Assembly: GCA_041687695.1 (NCBI GenBank)
Contig: JAWLBL010000002.1
Location: 70,761-134,760, forward strand
Length of the DNA stretch: 64,000 nt
Direction: 5' to 3'
Origin: Myxococcota bacterium
Lineage (GTDB): Bacteria; Myxococcota_A; UBA9042; PHBI01; JAWLBL01
A program made the translations under genes and the position numbers. Below the pieces are notes generated by a model. It saw only the letters and a list, made by a program, of their open reading frames with translations, was not told the DNA's origin and made no database searches. The number at the start of each line of letters is the position of its first letter. The first letter of the stretch is position 1. Positions 34,801 to 42,789 of the stretch are shown here, one piece after another.

Positions 34801-35936
34801 GGCTCGACAAGGCGCGCGACCGCCAGCAGCTGATGGAGCCGGTCGCCGAGCTGCAGGTCGCCATGGGCGCCACCCTGCAGGCGCGCGAGACGATGCGCCA
34901 GCTGCTCGAGCTCGAGCCTGACAACGTCGGCGTGAAGCTGCGCTTCGCCGTGCTGCTCAAGCAGCTCGACCAGTCCGAGGAGAGCCTGAAGTACTTCAAG
35001 GAGCTGGCCGAGGCCGACAAGCTCGACGCCGTCGCGCGCGGCCAGTACGCCGAGGTCCTGCTCCGCCTGGGCCGCCACGACGAGGCGCTCGCCGAGGTCA
35101 CGCGCGTCCTCGAGAAGGACCCGCTGAACCTGCAGGCCAACATCCTGCGCGGCATGGTCAACACCGCCCGCGAGGACTTCAAGGCGGCCGACGACGACCT
35201 GCGTAAGGCCCTGCGCGTCAACCCCGAGAGCGCCCGCGCCTTCCACCAGCTGGCCCTCAACGAGCTGGCTCAGGGCCGGCTGCAGCCCGCGGCCGAGTAC
35301 CTGGCCAAGGCCACCGATCTGGCGCCCGACGATCTCGGCATCCGCTTCGACCTCGCGCGCGTCCTGACCGCCATCGGCGGCGCCGACAACCGCAAGAAGG
35401 CCATCACCCAGTACACCTCGATCATGCGCGTCTACGCCGGCTACACCAGCCCGCTCGACAAGCGCCAGATGCGCCCCGAGGTCTACTTCAACCGCGGGCA
35501 GCTGCACTACGACAACGGCAAGTTCGCCCAGGCGCTCGAGGACTTCCGCGCCGCCCTGCTGCTGGCCCCCGGCCGCGGCGACCTGATGGTCGAGTTCGCC
35601 AAGACCCTGGCCAACATGGGCCGCCCCGAGGAGGCCAAGGCCTACCTGGCCAAGGTGCTCGAGGACACGCCCACCCACCCCGGCGCCAACTTCCAGATGG
35701 CGGTCATCGCGCTCAAGGAGGGCCGCCGCGGCCCGGCCGAGGAGCACTTCAAGACCGCCCTGGCCAAGGGGGGCAGCGCCCGGTTCGCGGACGCGCACCG
35801 CTACCTGGGTTACCTCTACAAGGAGCGCAACCTCACCGTGCCCATGTGCAGCGAGTTCCGCGAGTACCTGAAGTACGCGCCCAAGGACTCGTACGACCGC
35901 TCGGACGTGGTGCAGCTGCTGCGGCGCTGCCGTTAG
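31824..35936 (+). CDS. Zinc-ribbon / Pro-rich DPF-repeat / TM / TPR-repeat protein
   Basis: CPSC..CSAC N-terminus, ~24 DPF motifs, one TM helix, long TPR-like helical C-terminus. Confidence 0.85.
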   Translation: MKAICPSCGAENSARGPGEQVVCSACFHIWDAPAVMPRGPVTGAPPSPPPAPAGGRRAAPPPPPPPLDSEEIGTYRRQADHIEHAADVVWSGPEPKGGRPSAPRPPGARPPTSRPPTGGRTAAPPPPVPRPPGPPTGRIPSPPVPPAAPARGGPPGPPPRMPPAPSPATSDLRPDALFKTMAYGSTQDDPFGGAGAPSAPSDPFGPPAPSTQKRKTKDTFDFGTGLDLAPRIEPPAGRAASGQGADPFATAGSDPFAAPPRDPFTAAPADPFAAAPADPFASAGDPFGGPPSPPPRNDPFAGPPSPPPRNDPFATAAPATDPFAAPPSPPPRKDPFATAPPATDPFSANPFAADPDPYAAPSDPFGGPPPRDPFAAPPSATTSPASDPFGAPPPRDPFAAPPTATTSPADPFGAPPPRDPFGAAPADPFAAPTASDPFGGPPPSDPFAAPAHDDPFGPAPSSDPFAAPTASDHYQPLPGAPYVPPRQPAADPRQASTFHVQAAAGKGGPGAAMDAGTPGADESLFELDVPDAPLSERAPGQRGPQRPPPQRRRQRSKKKNANAARTLVLAVFGLLIVGLSLGLTEYGFFGIDAMMGKPTQRTAIGPMPPPTTRAKKKTVTVLLGDSGADYTQRLGELMAANAKEPQAQDVATDLALTLARFHERHPGMYRADPTYAETFKKVATPEMLAAHKALDAWDLLAQGRLDEAAKRLDGFIDEQRSPGQDLYLAGRVAQRRGEPERAMQYYELALERVPGFEPIMFEIGRLRAEAGQKDEARKALETLRKANPRHVGAALALAELALSEQDYAQTEALVKAVLPAAAEAKDREAQFQAFRLGARLSELQGKVEDRIYSLERAHEIRPRDEETALTLSRLLAEAGKTQDALSRLQACHKAGCESPAFYLALVARYVEAGHKENAKNHLSEALEKHPSDTGLLMQQAAFDKQIEQWNTAKATYALIIGNDPGYGRAYLELAQLQSREGLDAEALETLRQGLDKARDRQQLMEPVAELQVAMGATLQARETMRQLLELEPDNVGVKLRFAVLLKQLDQSEESLKYFKELAEADKLDAVARGQYAEVLLRLGRHDEALAEVTRVLEKDPLNLQANILRGMVNTAREDFKAADDDLRKALRVNPESARAFHQLALNELAQGRLQPAAEYLAKATDLAPDDLGIRFDLARVLTAIGGADNRKKAITQYTSIMRVYAGYTSPLDKRQMRPEVYFNRGQLHYDNGKFAQALEDFRAALLLAPGRGDLMVEFAKTLANMGRPEEAKAYLAKVLEDTPTHPGANFQMAVIALKEGRRGPAEEHFKTALAKGGSARFADAHRYLGYLYKERNLTVPMCSEFREYLKYAPKDSYDRSDVVQLLRRCR

Positions 35937-35984
35937 ACGTCGGCGCCGGGTCGGCCGAGAGGCTGGCTCGCTCGGACCGGCCCC

Positions 35985-36503
35985 CCGTGTTCACGGGCCT
36001 CCTGCAGACGTCAGGAGGCCCCGTGAACGTGTTCACGAGGGCTCCTGCAGACGTCAGGAACGGTCGTGAACGCGTTCACGGGGCTTCTGCAGACGTCAGG
36101 AACGGTGGTGAACGTGTTCACGGGGCTTCTGCAGACGTCAGGAACGGTCGTGAACGCGTTCACGGGGCTTGTGCAGACGTCAGGAGGCCATGACATCGCG
36201 GTGCGACGGCTTCTGCAGACGTCAGGAGGCCATGACACCGCGATGCGACGGCTTCTGCAGACGTCAGGAGGCCATGACATCTCGATGCGACGGCTTCTGC
36301 AGGCGTCAGGAGGCCATGACATCGCGATGCGACGGCTTCTGCAGACCTCCGGAGGCCATGACATCTCGATGCGACGGCTTCTGCAGGCGTCAGGAGGCCA
36401 TGACATCGCGATGCGACGGCTTCTGCAGACGTCAGGAGGCCATGACACCCCGGTGCGACGCGTCCTGGCGCCGTCAGGAGGCCACGACATTGCGGTGCGA
36501 CGG
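35985..36503. repeat. 42-bp tandem array, ~12 units in two sub-blocks
   Basis: Core CTGCAGACGTCAGGA at 36002, 36045, then every 42 bp to 36465. Confidence 0.95.
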
Positions 36504-36534
36504 CGTACGGGTCTGGGCAGGCGAGCGGGGCGCG

Positions 36535-38076
36535 CTACAGCTGGGCCAGGGCGCGGACCAGGCGGTCGATGGCGCCGCGCAGGGCCGGCTGGCGGGCGGG
36601 GGTGGCCTTGTTGATCATGACCGAGAAGGCCAGCAGATCGCCGGTGCGGGTGGGGATGTAGCCCGACAGGCTGATGACGTCGTCCAGGGTGCCGGACTTG
36701 GCCTTGACCTTGCCGCCGGTGAGGGCGCCGGACAGGCGCTGCGACAGCGTGCCGGAGCGGCCGGCGACGGCGAGGGTGTCGATGAAGGTCGGGCCCAGGT
36801 CGGCGCTGCGGGCCATCAGCACCAGCAGGCGGGCCATGGAGCGGGGCGAGACGAAGGTGGCCTGGTACAGGCCCGAGCCGTTGACGACGCGGAAGCCCTT
36901 GGGGTCGAGGCCCAGGTCGACCAGGGCTTTGGTCACGACGTCCTTGGCGCGGTCGAAGGAGGCGGGCTCGCCGGCGGGGCCGCGGCCGAGGTGCTTGAAG
37001 ATCATCTCGGCCATGAAGTTGTTCGACCAGACGTTGACGTCGGTCAGGGCGGCGACCAGGGGCTCGGACTCGACGCGGGCCAGCTCGGGCAGGGCCTGGG
37101 GGCAGCTGTCGCCCTTGCGGATGGGCAGCTCGGTGGCGACGACGCCGGCGCGGGCGAGGTGGCCGCGCAAGAGGTGGGCCGTGAAGACGTCCGGGTGCGC
37201 GACGCGGCGGCGGCGCGAGAAGGTGGCGCGGGGGCCGATGCGGCCGCTGATGGTGAGGCGCGTGCGGCCGTCGGGCAGGGCGCTGGTGGCGACCGAGAGG
37301 CCGGAGATGCCCTTGCCGGCGGTGGTGGCGCGGTTGTCGACGTCGAAGTAGTCGCTGGCCGGGTCGATGGAGACCGAGGGGCGGTCGCCAGCGCGGCGGC
37401 CGCCGGTCACGGTGACGCGGGCGGCGCCGAAGTTGACGGCGACGGCGCCGATGGCGGCGCGGTAGCCCTCGTCGGTCGACTTCTGGTCGTAGGCGGGCGG
37501 CAGGTGCTGGGCGTCGAAGCGGCTGGCGTCGACCACCAGGTCGCCCTTGACCTCCTTGACGCCGGCGGCCACCAGCGCGTCGGCCAGCGCGCGCACGTGC
37601 TCGGGCATCAGCTTGGGATCGCCCTCGCCGACCAGGTACAGGTCGCCCTCGACCACGCCGCCGGGCCCGACCTCGCCGTGCAGCCGCGTCGCGAACCGGG
37701 TCGTCGGCGGCATCAGCCGCAGCGCCGCCGCCGTCGTCAGCAGCTTCGTGCCGCTGGCCGGGTTCATCAGGTCGTCGGCGTGGTGGCCGCCCAGGAACGC
37801 CTCTCCGCGCGGATCGACCTTGGCGACCGCGACCCCGACCTTCACGCCCTCGAGCTGCGCGCTCTTCACCCACGCGTCGACCAGCCGCTGCGCGGCCGGG
37901 ACGTCCTCGGCGCTGGCGCCAGCGACCTGCGGGATGTGCGGCCCGGCCGCGGCGCCATCGGTGCGCGACACGCCGGCCGCGAGCACGAAGGCGAACAGCG
38001 TGACGAGCAGCGGCGAGCGCAGGGTGACGGTGGGCAGGAAGCGGTGAGGGGAGGGGGAGGGGGAGGGGGAGGACAA
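36535..38076 (-). CDS. dacB: D-Ala-D-Ala carboxypeptidase/endopeptidase PBP4
   Basis: PASGTK (SxxK), GEGDP, SNN, NGSGL, KSGTL; true start probably slightly inside the ORF. Confidence 0.92.
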   Translation of the reverse strand: MSSPSPSPSPHRFLPTVTLRSPLLVTLFAFVLAAGVSRTDGAAAGPHIPQVAGASAEDVPAAQRLVDAWVKSAQLEGVKVGVAVAKVDPRGEAFLGGHHADDLMNPASGTKLLTTAAALRLMPPTTRFATRLHGEVGPGGVVEGDLYLVGEGDPKLMPEHVRALADALVAAGVKEVKGDLVVDASRFDAQHLPPAYDQKSTDEGYRAAIGAVAVNFGAARVTVTGGRRAGDRPSVSIDPASDYFDVDNRATTAGKGISGLSVATSALPDGRTRLTISGRIGPRATFSRRRRVAHPDVFTAHLLRGHLARAGVVATELPIRKGDSCPQALPELARVESEPLVAALTDVNVWSNNFMAEMIFKHLGRGPAGEPASFDRAKDVVTKALVDLGLDPKGFRVVNGSGLYQATFVSPRSMARLLVLMARSADLGPTFIDTLAVAGRSGTLSQRLSGALTGGKVKAKSGTLDDVISLSGYIPTRTGDLLAFSVMINKATPARQPALRGAIDRLVRALAQL

Positions 38077-38346
38077 GGGAGGCTCCGGGCGGCGAGGGGG
38101 ACGCGGGGGCGCGGGGGGCGCGGGGGTGACGCCGTGAGGCGCGCGGTCCGGTCAGGGGAAGGATCGGCTGGGGCGGGGGTGTGGGCAAGGATTGGGACGG
38201 GGGGTGGGGTGGGGGGGGGAGGGGTTGGGGGCGGGGAGGGCGGTTGGAGCGCTGGTTCGTTGCGTTCGCGCCGAAGGCGCTGTGGAGCGCGCCGGCCGCG
38301 CCGGCGCTGTGGGTTGGAGGAGGTTTTCGGAGGGGGAGGGGGAGGG

Positions 38347-38590
38347 GGAGGTGCGGGTAGCCTCCGCTTCGGCCGGCATCAAGGGCTTTCTCCCCCTTGG
38401 CCGGCCGGGCGGCCGGCCAATTCCTCGCGGACGAGAAAGCCCTTGACCCCGGCCTCCGCTGCGGCTGGGGGGCCAATATCGGCCCGGACGCGGGGCGTCC
38501 GGGCCGCTGCGCGTCCCGAGACGCGGACGGGGTCGCGGAGTCCGGGAGTGGGAGGGGATGCTGCAGGTGACGTGATAGTCTGGGGTTATA
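38347..38590 (+). ncRNA. Candidate structured RNA or ssDNA leader of the HNH element
   Basis: 14-bp stem 38379-38392/38433-38446 enclosing a 10-bp hairpin; a C-G to G-C swap in copy 2; transcription unproven. Confidence 0.45.
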
Positions 38591-38613
38591 TCAGGTGCGC
38601 GGGACGGGCAGGT

Positions 38614-38984
38614 GGGTCGTCGTCCCGGGGCGGAAGCGAGCGGGTCGTCGTCCCGGGGCGGAAGTCCCAGGGCGGGTCGTCGTCCCGGGGCGGAAGTCCC
38701 AGGGCGGGTCGTCGTCCCGGGGCGGAAGCGAGCGGGTCGTCGTCCCGGGGCGGGAGCGGGCGGGTCGTCGTCCCGGGGCGGAAGCGAGCGGGTCGTCGTC
38801 CCGGGGCGGAAGCGAGCGGGTCGTCGTCCCGGGGCGGAAGCGAGCGGGTCGCCGTCCCGGGGCGGAAGCGCGCAGGTCGTCGTCCCAGGGCGGAAGCGGA
38901 CGGGTGGTCGTCCCGGGGCGGAAGCGGGCGGGTCGTCGTCCCGGGGCGGAAGTCCCAGGGCGGGTCGTCGTCCCGGGGCGGAAG
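38614..38984 (+). repeat. 13 tandem units of GGGTCGTCGTCCCGGGGCGGAAG with 5- or 9-nt linkers
   Basis: Periods of 28 or 32 bp counted directly. Confidence 0.95.
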
Positions 38985-39214
38985 GCTGGGTGGGCAGTGG
39001 GAGAGAAATCGACATCGGGAGGGGGCCGAGGAGCAAATAATTGTTGACGGATTTCGGGGGCAGAGTTGGGCCGATCGGGGGTCGCTGTTGGGCGGGGGCT
39101 GGGAGGGCCCTGGGAGGCTCTACAGCGCGCTGATCAGGGGCAAGGGTCGTCGCGCGTCGTCTGGAGGGCCTGAACGGCCGTCCAGGGGCTGCTACGAGGG
39201 GACGGGACCCCCCG

Positions 39215-39223
39215 TGTTATGCT
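39215..39223 (+). promoter_or_regulatory. Extended -10 for HNH gene
   Basis: TG-T-TATGCT, with GGGAGG RBS before ATG 39251. Confidence 0.45.
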
Positions 39224-39250
39224 GCAGGCCTCGATTGGGAGGGCTGCGGG

Positions 39251-40504
39251 ATGAGCAAGGGCTTGGAAACGCTGGCGAAGTGGACCGACGAAGGGCTGCT
39301 GGGGCGGGTCGGTGAGCTGGTCGAACTGGAGCGACGGACGACCGCCAACCTGGTGGTGCTGCTGGCCGAGGTCGAGGCGAGGGAGCTGCATCTGCTGGAC
39401 GGAAGCCCGTCGCTGTTCGAGTGGTGCCGGACGCGGTGGGGCTTTGGGGAGGACAAGGCCTACAACTACGTGAAGGCCGTCGGCTGGGTGCGGCGGTGGC
39501 CGCAGATGGGGGCGATGCTGGCCGATGGACGGCTCAGCCTGAGCGGGATGAGGGTCATCGGGCCGCATCTGGACGAAGGGAACGTCGACGAGCGGCTGGT
39601 GGAGGCGGCGGGAAAGAGCAAGCGTGAGCTGGCCGAGCTCGTGGCGAGGTGGTCGCCGCGGCCGGATGTGCCGGCGCGGGTGTTCAAGCTGCCGCCGTCC
39701 CGGGGCGGAGAGGTCGGGGCGCCCAAGCAGGCGAAGGCCGAGCCGGAGGCGGGGGCGAACGAGCTGTCGCTGGAGCGGCCGAAGGTGGAGCACCGGGTCG
39801 AGCCGCTCTCGGAGGCTCGGTATCGGGTGCAAGTGACCGTGGGGGCCAGGGTCGCCGCCAAGCTGGAAGAGGCGATGGCCATCGCCGGACATCAGGTCGC
39901 GTCGGGGGACTACGAGACGCTGCTGGAGCTGGCGCTGGACGTCTTCCTGGCCGCGAAGAAGAAGCAGCGGTTCGGGGTGGGGGCGCGGCCCAAGGCGAGG
40001 AAGGCCAAGAAGGCCAAGCAGGCGGCCGAGCGGGTCGCCATGGCCGGAGCGTCGGTCGATCGGTCGGCGCAGGCCGACGAGCGGGTCGCGACGGTTGGAG
40101 CGTCGGTCGAGGGAGGGGTGCAGGCGGACGATGGGGTCGCCACGGCCGGAGCGTCGGTCGACTCGTTGTCGGAGGAGCCGTCGGGGGAGCCGGTCGGGCG
40201 GGGACGGGCCGTGCCGATCGGGGTCCGGCGGGAAGTGGTCGCGCGGGATGGGCTGCGGTGCACCTTCGAGGGGCCGGGGGGGCGGTGCACCGAGACGAGG
40301 CGGCTGGAGCTGCATCACGACGAGGCGTTCGCGAAAGGCGGGGCGCACTCGGTCGAGAACGTCCGGGTCGTGTGTCAGGCGCACAACCTGCTCATCGCGC
40401 GGCGGGAGCTGGGGGCGGGGTCCGTGGCGCGGAAGATGGGGACGGCGGCGTCGTCCCGGGGCGGGACCGCGGGCGCTCAGGGGCAGTTGCGGGCGCGGCG
40501 GTAG
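39251..40504 (+). CDS. HNH endonuclease with long helical N-terminal (DUF222-like) region
   Basis: C-terminal RREVVARDGLRC..RC..LELHH..FAKGG..ENVRVVCQAHN. Confidence 0.9.
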   Translation: MSKGLETLAKWTDEGLLGRVGELVELERRTTANLVVLLAEVEARELHLLDGSPSLFEWCRTRWGFGEDKAYNYVKAVGWVRRWPQMGAMLADGRLSLSGMRVIGPHLDEGNVDERLVEAAGKSKRELAELVARWSPRPDVPARVFKLPPSRGGEVGAPKQAKAEPEAGANELSLERPKVEHRVEPLSEARYRVQVTVGARVAAKLEEAMAIAGHQVASGDYETLLELALDVFLAAKKKQRFGVGARPKARKAKKAKQAAERVAMAGASVDRSAQADERVATVGASVEGGVQADDGVATAGASVDSLSEEPSGEPVGRGRAVPIGVRREVVARDGLRCTFEGPGGRCTETRRLELHHDEAFAKGGAHSVENVRVVCQAHNLLIARRELGAGSVARKMGTAASSRGGTAGAQGQLRARR

Positions 40505-41163
40505 CCGGCGTCGCGGGCGGCCTCTTCGGTGGCGAAGGGCACGCGGTTGCGGGGCGAGACGTCGGCGTAGTTGGGGCAGTCGGGGCGGTGGTAGATGCGG
40601 CTGTTGCGGTTGCCCAGGATGGGGGCGTCGGGGGGCGGGGCGGGGCGGGGCTCCTTGGGGCCCCTGGGCTTGCGTTTGATGGCGCGGTGGTCCCAGGGGG
40701 CGGTGGGGGAGGGGGCGCTCCACAGGCCCCGGCGGGCCTGGCGGGCCTGGCGCTCGAGGCGGGCGAGGCGGGCGTCCTTGGAGTATTTGACGAAGTGCCA
40801 GGCGTGGCCGGAGCGGACCAGGGCGGCGTTGAGGGAGGTGCCGTCGGGCAGGAAGACCTCGGCGAGGCGGCGGCCGTAGACGTCGGCTCCTTGGTCGCGG
40901 ACGGTCAGGGTGCGGTGGAGGGTCAGGCGGCGGGTCTCGGCCTTGGCCTGCTGACCGAAGGGCTGGTCGAGCTCGGGACAGTCGATGCCGACGAGGCGGA
41001 TGGAGGTGCGGCGGCCCTTGGCCTCGACCACCAGGGTGTCGCCGTCGTCGACGTGGACCACCTTGGCCCGGGGCGGGACCGGCGGGTCGGCGCGGCGGGC
41101 CTCGGCCGGGGCGGCGAGGGCGAGCAGCGCGACGAGCGCGAGGGAGGCGGCGAGGCGGGGCAT
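40477..41163 (-). CDS. Secreted thermonuclease (SNase) with C-terminal Ada-like metal-binding domain
   Basis: DGDT, IRLVGIDCPE, DVYGRRLA, GNRNSRIYHRPDC..GYRRARNC. Confidence 0.92.
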   Translation of the reverse strand: MPRLAASLALVALLALAAPAEARRADPPVPPRAKVVHVDDGDTLVVEAKGRRTSIRLVGIDCPELDQPFGQQAKAETRRLTLHRTLTVRDQGADVYGRRLAEVFLPDGTSLNAALVRSGHAWHFVKYSKDARLARLERQARQARRGLWSAPSPTAPWDHRAIKRKPRGPKEPRPAPPPDAPILGNRNSRIYHRPDCPNYADVSPRNRVPFATEEAARDAGYRRARNCP

Positions 41164-41199
41164 CCGCGCAGGGTAGCACGGCGGCCGGGGCGGGACGCC

Positions 41200-42435
41200 T
41201 CAGAAGAACGTCTGGCCGTGGCCGCGGTAGGTCGGGGCGCGGTGGACCAGGGTGTCGCCGCGGAAGCAGAGGACCTCGGCGAAGCGCTCGGCCAGCTCGC
41301 CCGCCTTGGCGTGGCGGCACAGGACCGGGTCGCCGATGGCCAGGGTGGGGGCGGCCGAGGTGCGGCGGAAGGGGGTCTGGACCTCTCCGAAGCCCTCCAT
41401 CGGCAGGGGGTGCAGGCCCGGCGGGAGGTGGACGACGGGTGCGCGGTCGGGGCCGGGGGCGCCGGAGGCGATGTAGCCGCCGCCCGAGCAGGTGAGGTGG
41501 TCGGGGTCGGAGGCGCGGGCGACCGGGAGGGCGAAGAAGAGGGCGGGGTGGAGGGGCAGGCCCTGGTAATGGTCGAACAGGTGCGGGGCGACGAAGCCGG
41601 AGCCGGCGGTGACCTCGGTGACCGAGCCGTCGCGGGAGGTGGAGGCGATGGAGCCGGTGCCGCCGCCGTTGACCAGGGTCACCGGGTGGCCGGCGGCGCG
41701 GAGGGCGTCGACGATGGCGCGGCGGCGGGCGGCGGCGAGCGGGCGCGAGCGGGCCTTGATGGCGCGGCGGACCGGGTCGAGGGGGCGGCTGTGGGGGTGG
41801 ACGTCGGGGAGGCCGGCGACCTGGGCCTCGTAGGCGAGGACGGCGGTGAGGGTGAGGTGGGGGGCGTCGGCGACCAGGCGGGCGAGGCGGAGGGCGTCGG
41901 CGGGGGCGCGCAGGGGGCTGCGGCGGACGCCGAAGTGGGCGAGGCCGCCCAGGGGGCGCCAGGAGGCGTCGACGTCGAGGCAGACCTCGAGGCGGGCGTC
42001 GGCGGCGCGGGCGGCGGTGGCGAGGAGGGCGACGTGCTCGGGGGCGTCGACGGTGGCGAGGACGCGGGCGCCCGAGGCGGCGGCGGTGGCGATGGCGTGG
42101 GCCTCGTCGGGGCGGGCGACGGGGTAGGCGAGCAGGAGGTCGGTGAAGCCCTGGGTGGCGAGCCAGGCGGTCTCGTGGGCGGAGAAGGTCATGAGGCCCT
42201 GGAGGCGGGCGGGGGCGTGGTCCTGGAGGTAGCGCATGAGCCAGGGGAGGCGCAGGGACTTGGAGGCGAGGCGCAGGGTCGGGCCGGGGGCGAGCTGGGC
42301 GAGCAGGGTGGCCAGGTTGTGGTCGACCGCCTCCAGATCGAGGACGGCGGCGGGGAGGCGGTGGCCTCGCAGGCGGCGGCGCCAGCGGTCCCAGTCGGCG
42401 GCGGCGGGTGGGGAGGCGAGGGGGGCGGTGGTCAT
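41200..42435 (-). CDS. PLP-dependent alanine-racemase-fold enzyme (DSD1/D-threonine aldolase-like)
   Basis: LRLASKSLR, AYEAQVAG, NGGGTGS, EVTAGSG, GEVQTP, RHAKAGE. Confidence 0.85.
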   Translation of the reverse strand: MTTAPLASPPAAADWDRWRRRLRGHRLPAAVLDLEAVDHNLATLLAQLAPGPTLRLASKSLRLPWLMRYLQDHAPARLQGLMTFSAHETAWLATQGFTDLLLAYPVARPDEAHAIATAAASGARVLATVDAPEHVALLATAARAADARLEVCLDVDASWRPLGGLAHFGVRRSPLRAPADALRLARLVADAPHLTLTAVLAYEAQVAGLPDVHPHSRPLDPVRRAIKARSRPLAAARRRAIVDALRAAGHPVTLVNGGGTGSIASTSRDGSVTEVTAGSGFVAPHLFDHYQGLPLHPALFFALPVARASDPDHLTCSGGGYIASGAPGPDRAPVVHLPPGLHPLPMEGFGEVQTPFRRTSAAPTLAIGDPVLCRHAKAGELAERFAEVLCFRGDTLVHRAPTYRGHGQTFF

Positions 42436-42789
42436 GGGCGGCCTCGGGCGGTGGGCTCGGTTCAAGCACGCGCGGGGGGGCAAGTCCAGGGCCGCCGAGG
42501 CCGGTGATTGGCGGGTGGCGGGTAGAAAAGATGCGCGGACGGGCCGGGGAGGCCGCTTGAAGCGGTACAGACGCTCGCGGGTGTGGTAGACGGTGCGACC
42601 CGCCGCCGCCAGAGCGCGGCGGGCAACCGCCTGCCCTGGACGTATTTCACTTTGCTTCCGAGGACTTATTTTCCTTGGGAGCGCCGTGCCACGCGTCGGG
42701 GTCGTGCAGGCAGCCGACGCGATGGGGGTGCCGACCGCCCGCGCTGGCCCTGAACACCCGTGGCTACGGTCGCGACCTGGAGGATTTGT

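Larger units (their letters stand above)
38263..40466 (+). mobile_element. Putative HNH-associated repeated element, copy 1
   Basis: Leader, palindrome array and HNH gene are all homologous to the inverted copy at 61817-63465; flanks differ. Mobility is inferred. Confidence 0.6.

Noticed and set aside
31719..35798. Very long antisense or alternate-frame ORFs (e.g. 31719-35798-, 11039-14455-, 36169-39315+, 39134-42469-)
   Set aside because: Arg/Gly/Pro-rich shadows of real genes or repeats, expected in high-GC DNA.
35985..36503. CRISPR or TIGR-type guide array
   Set aside because: The variable halves fall into only two near-identical classes rather than unique spacers; no cas or Nop-domain gene recognised.
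38614..38984. CRISPR array beside a nuclease
   Set aside because: Linkers are only 5-9 nt and repetitive.
39251..40504. IscB, Cas9 or TnpB assignment
   Set aside because: No RuvC motifs or PLMP N-terminus seen; HNH is C-terminal.
40477..41163. Thermonuclease as part of the HNH element
   Set aside because: It has a signal peptide and is absent beside copy 2; adjacency looks incidental.
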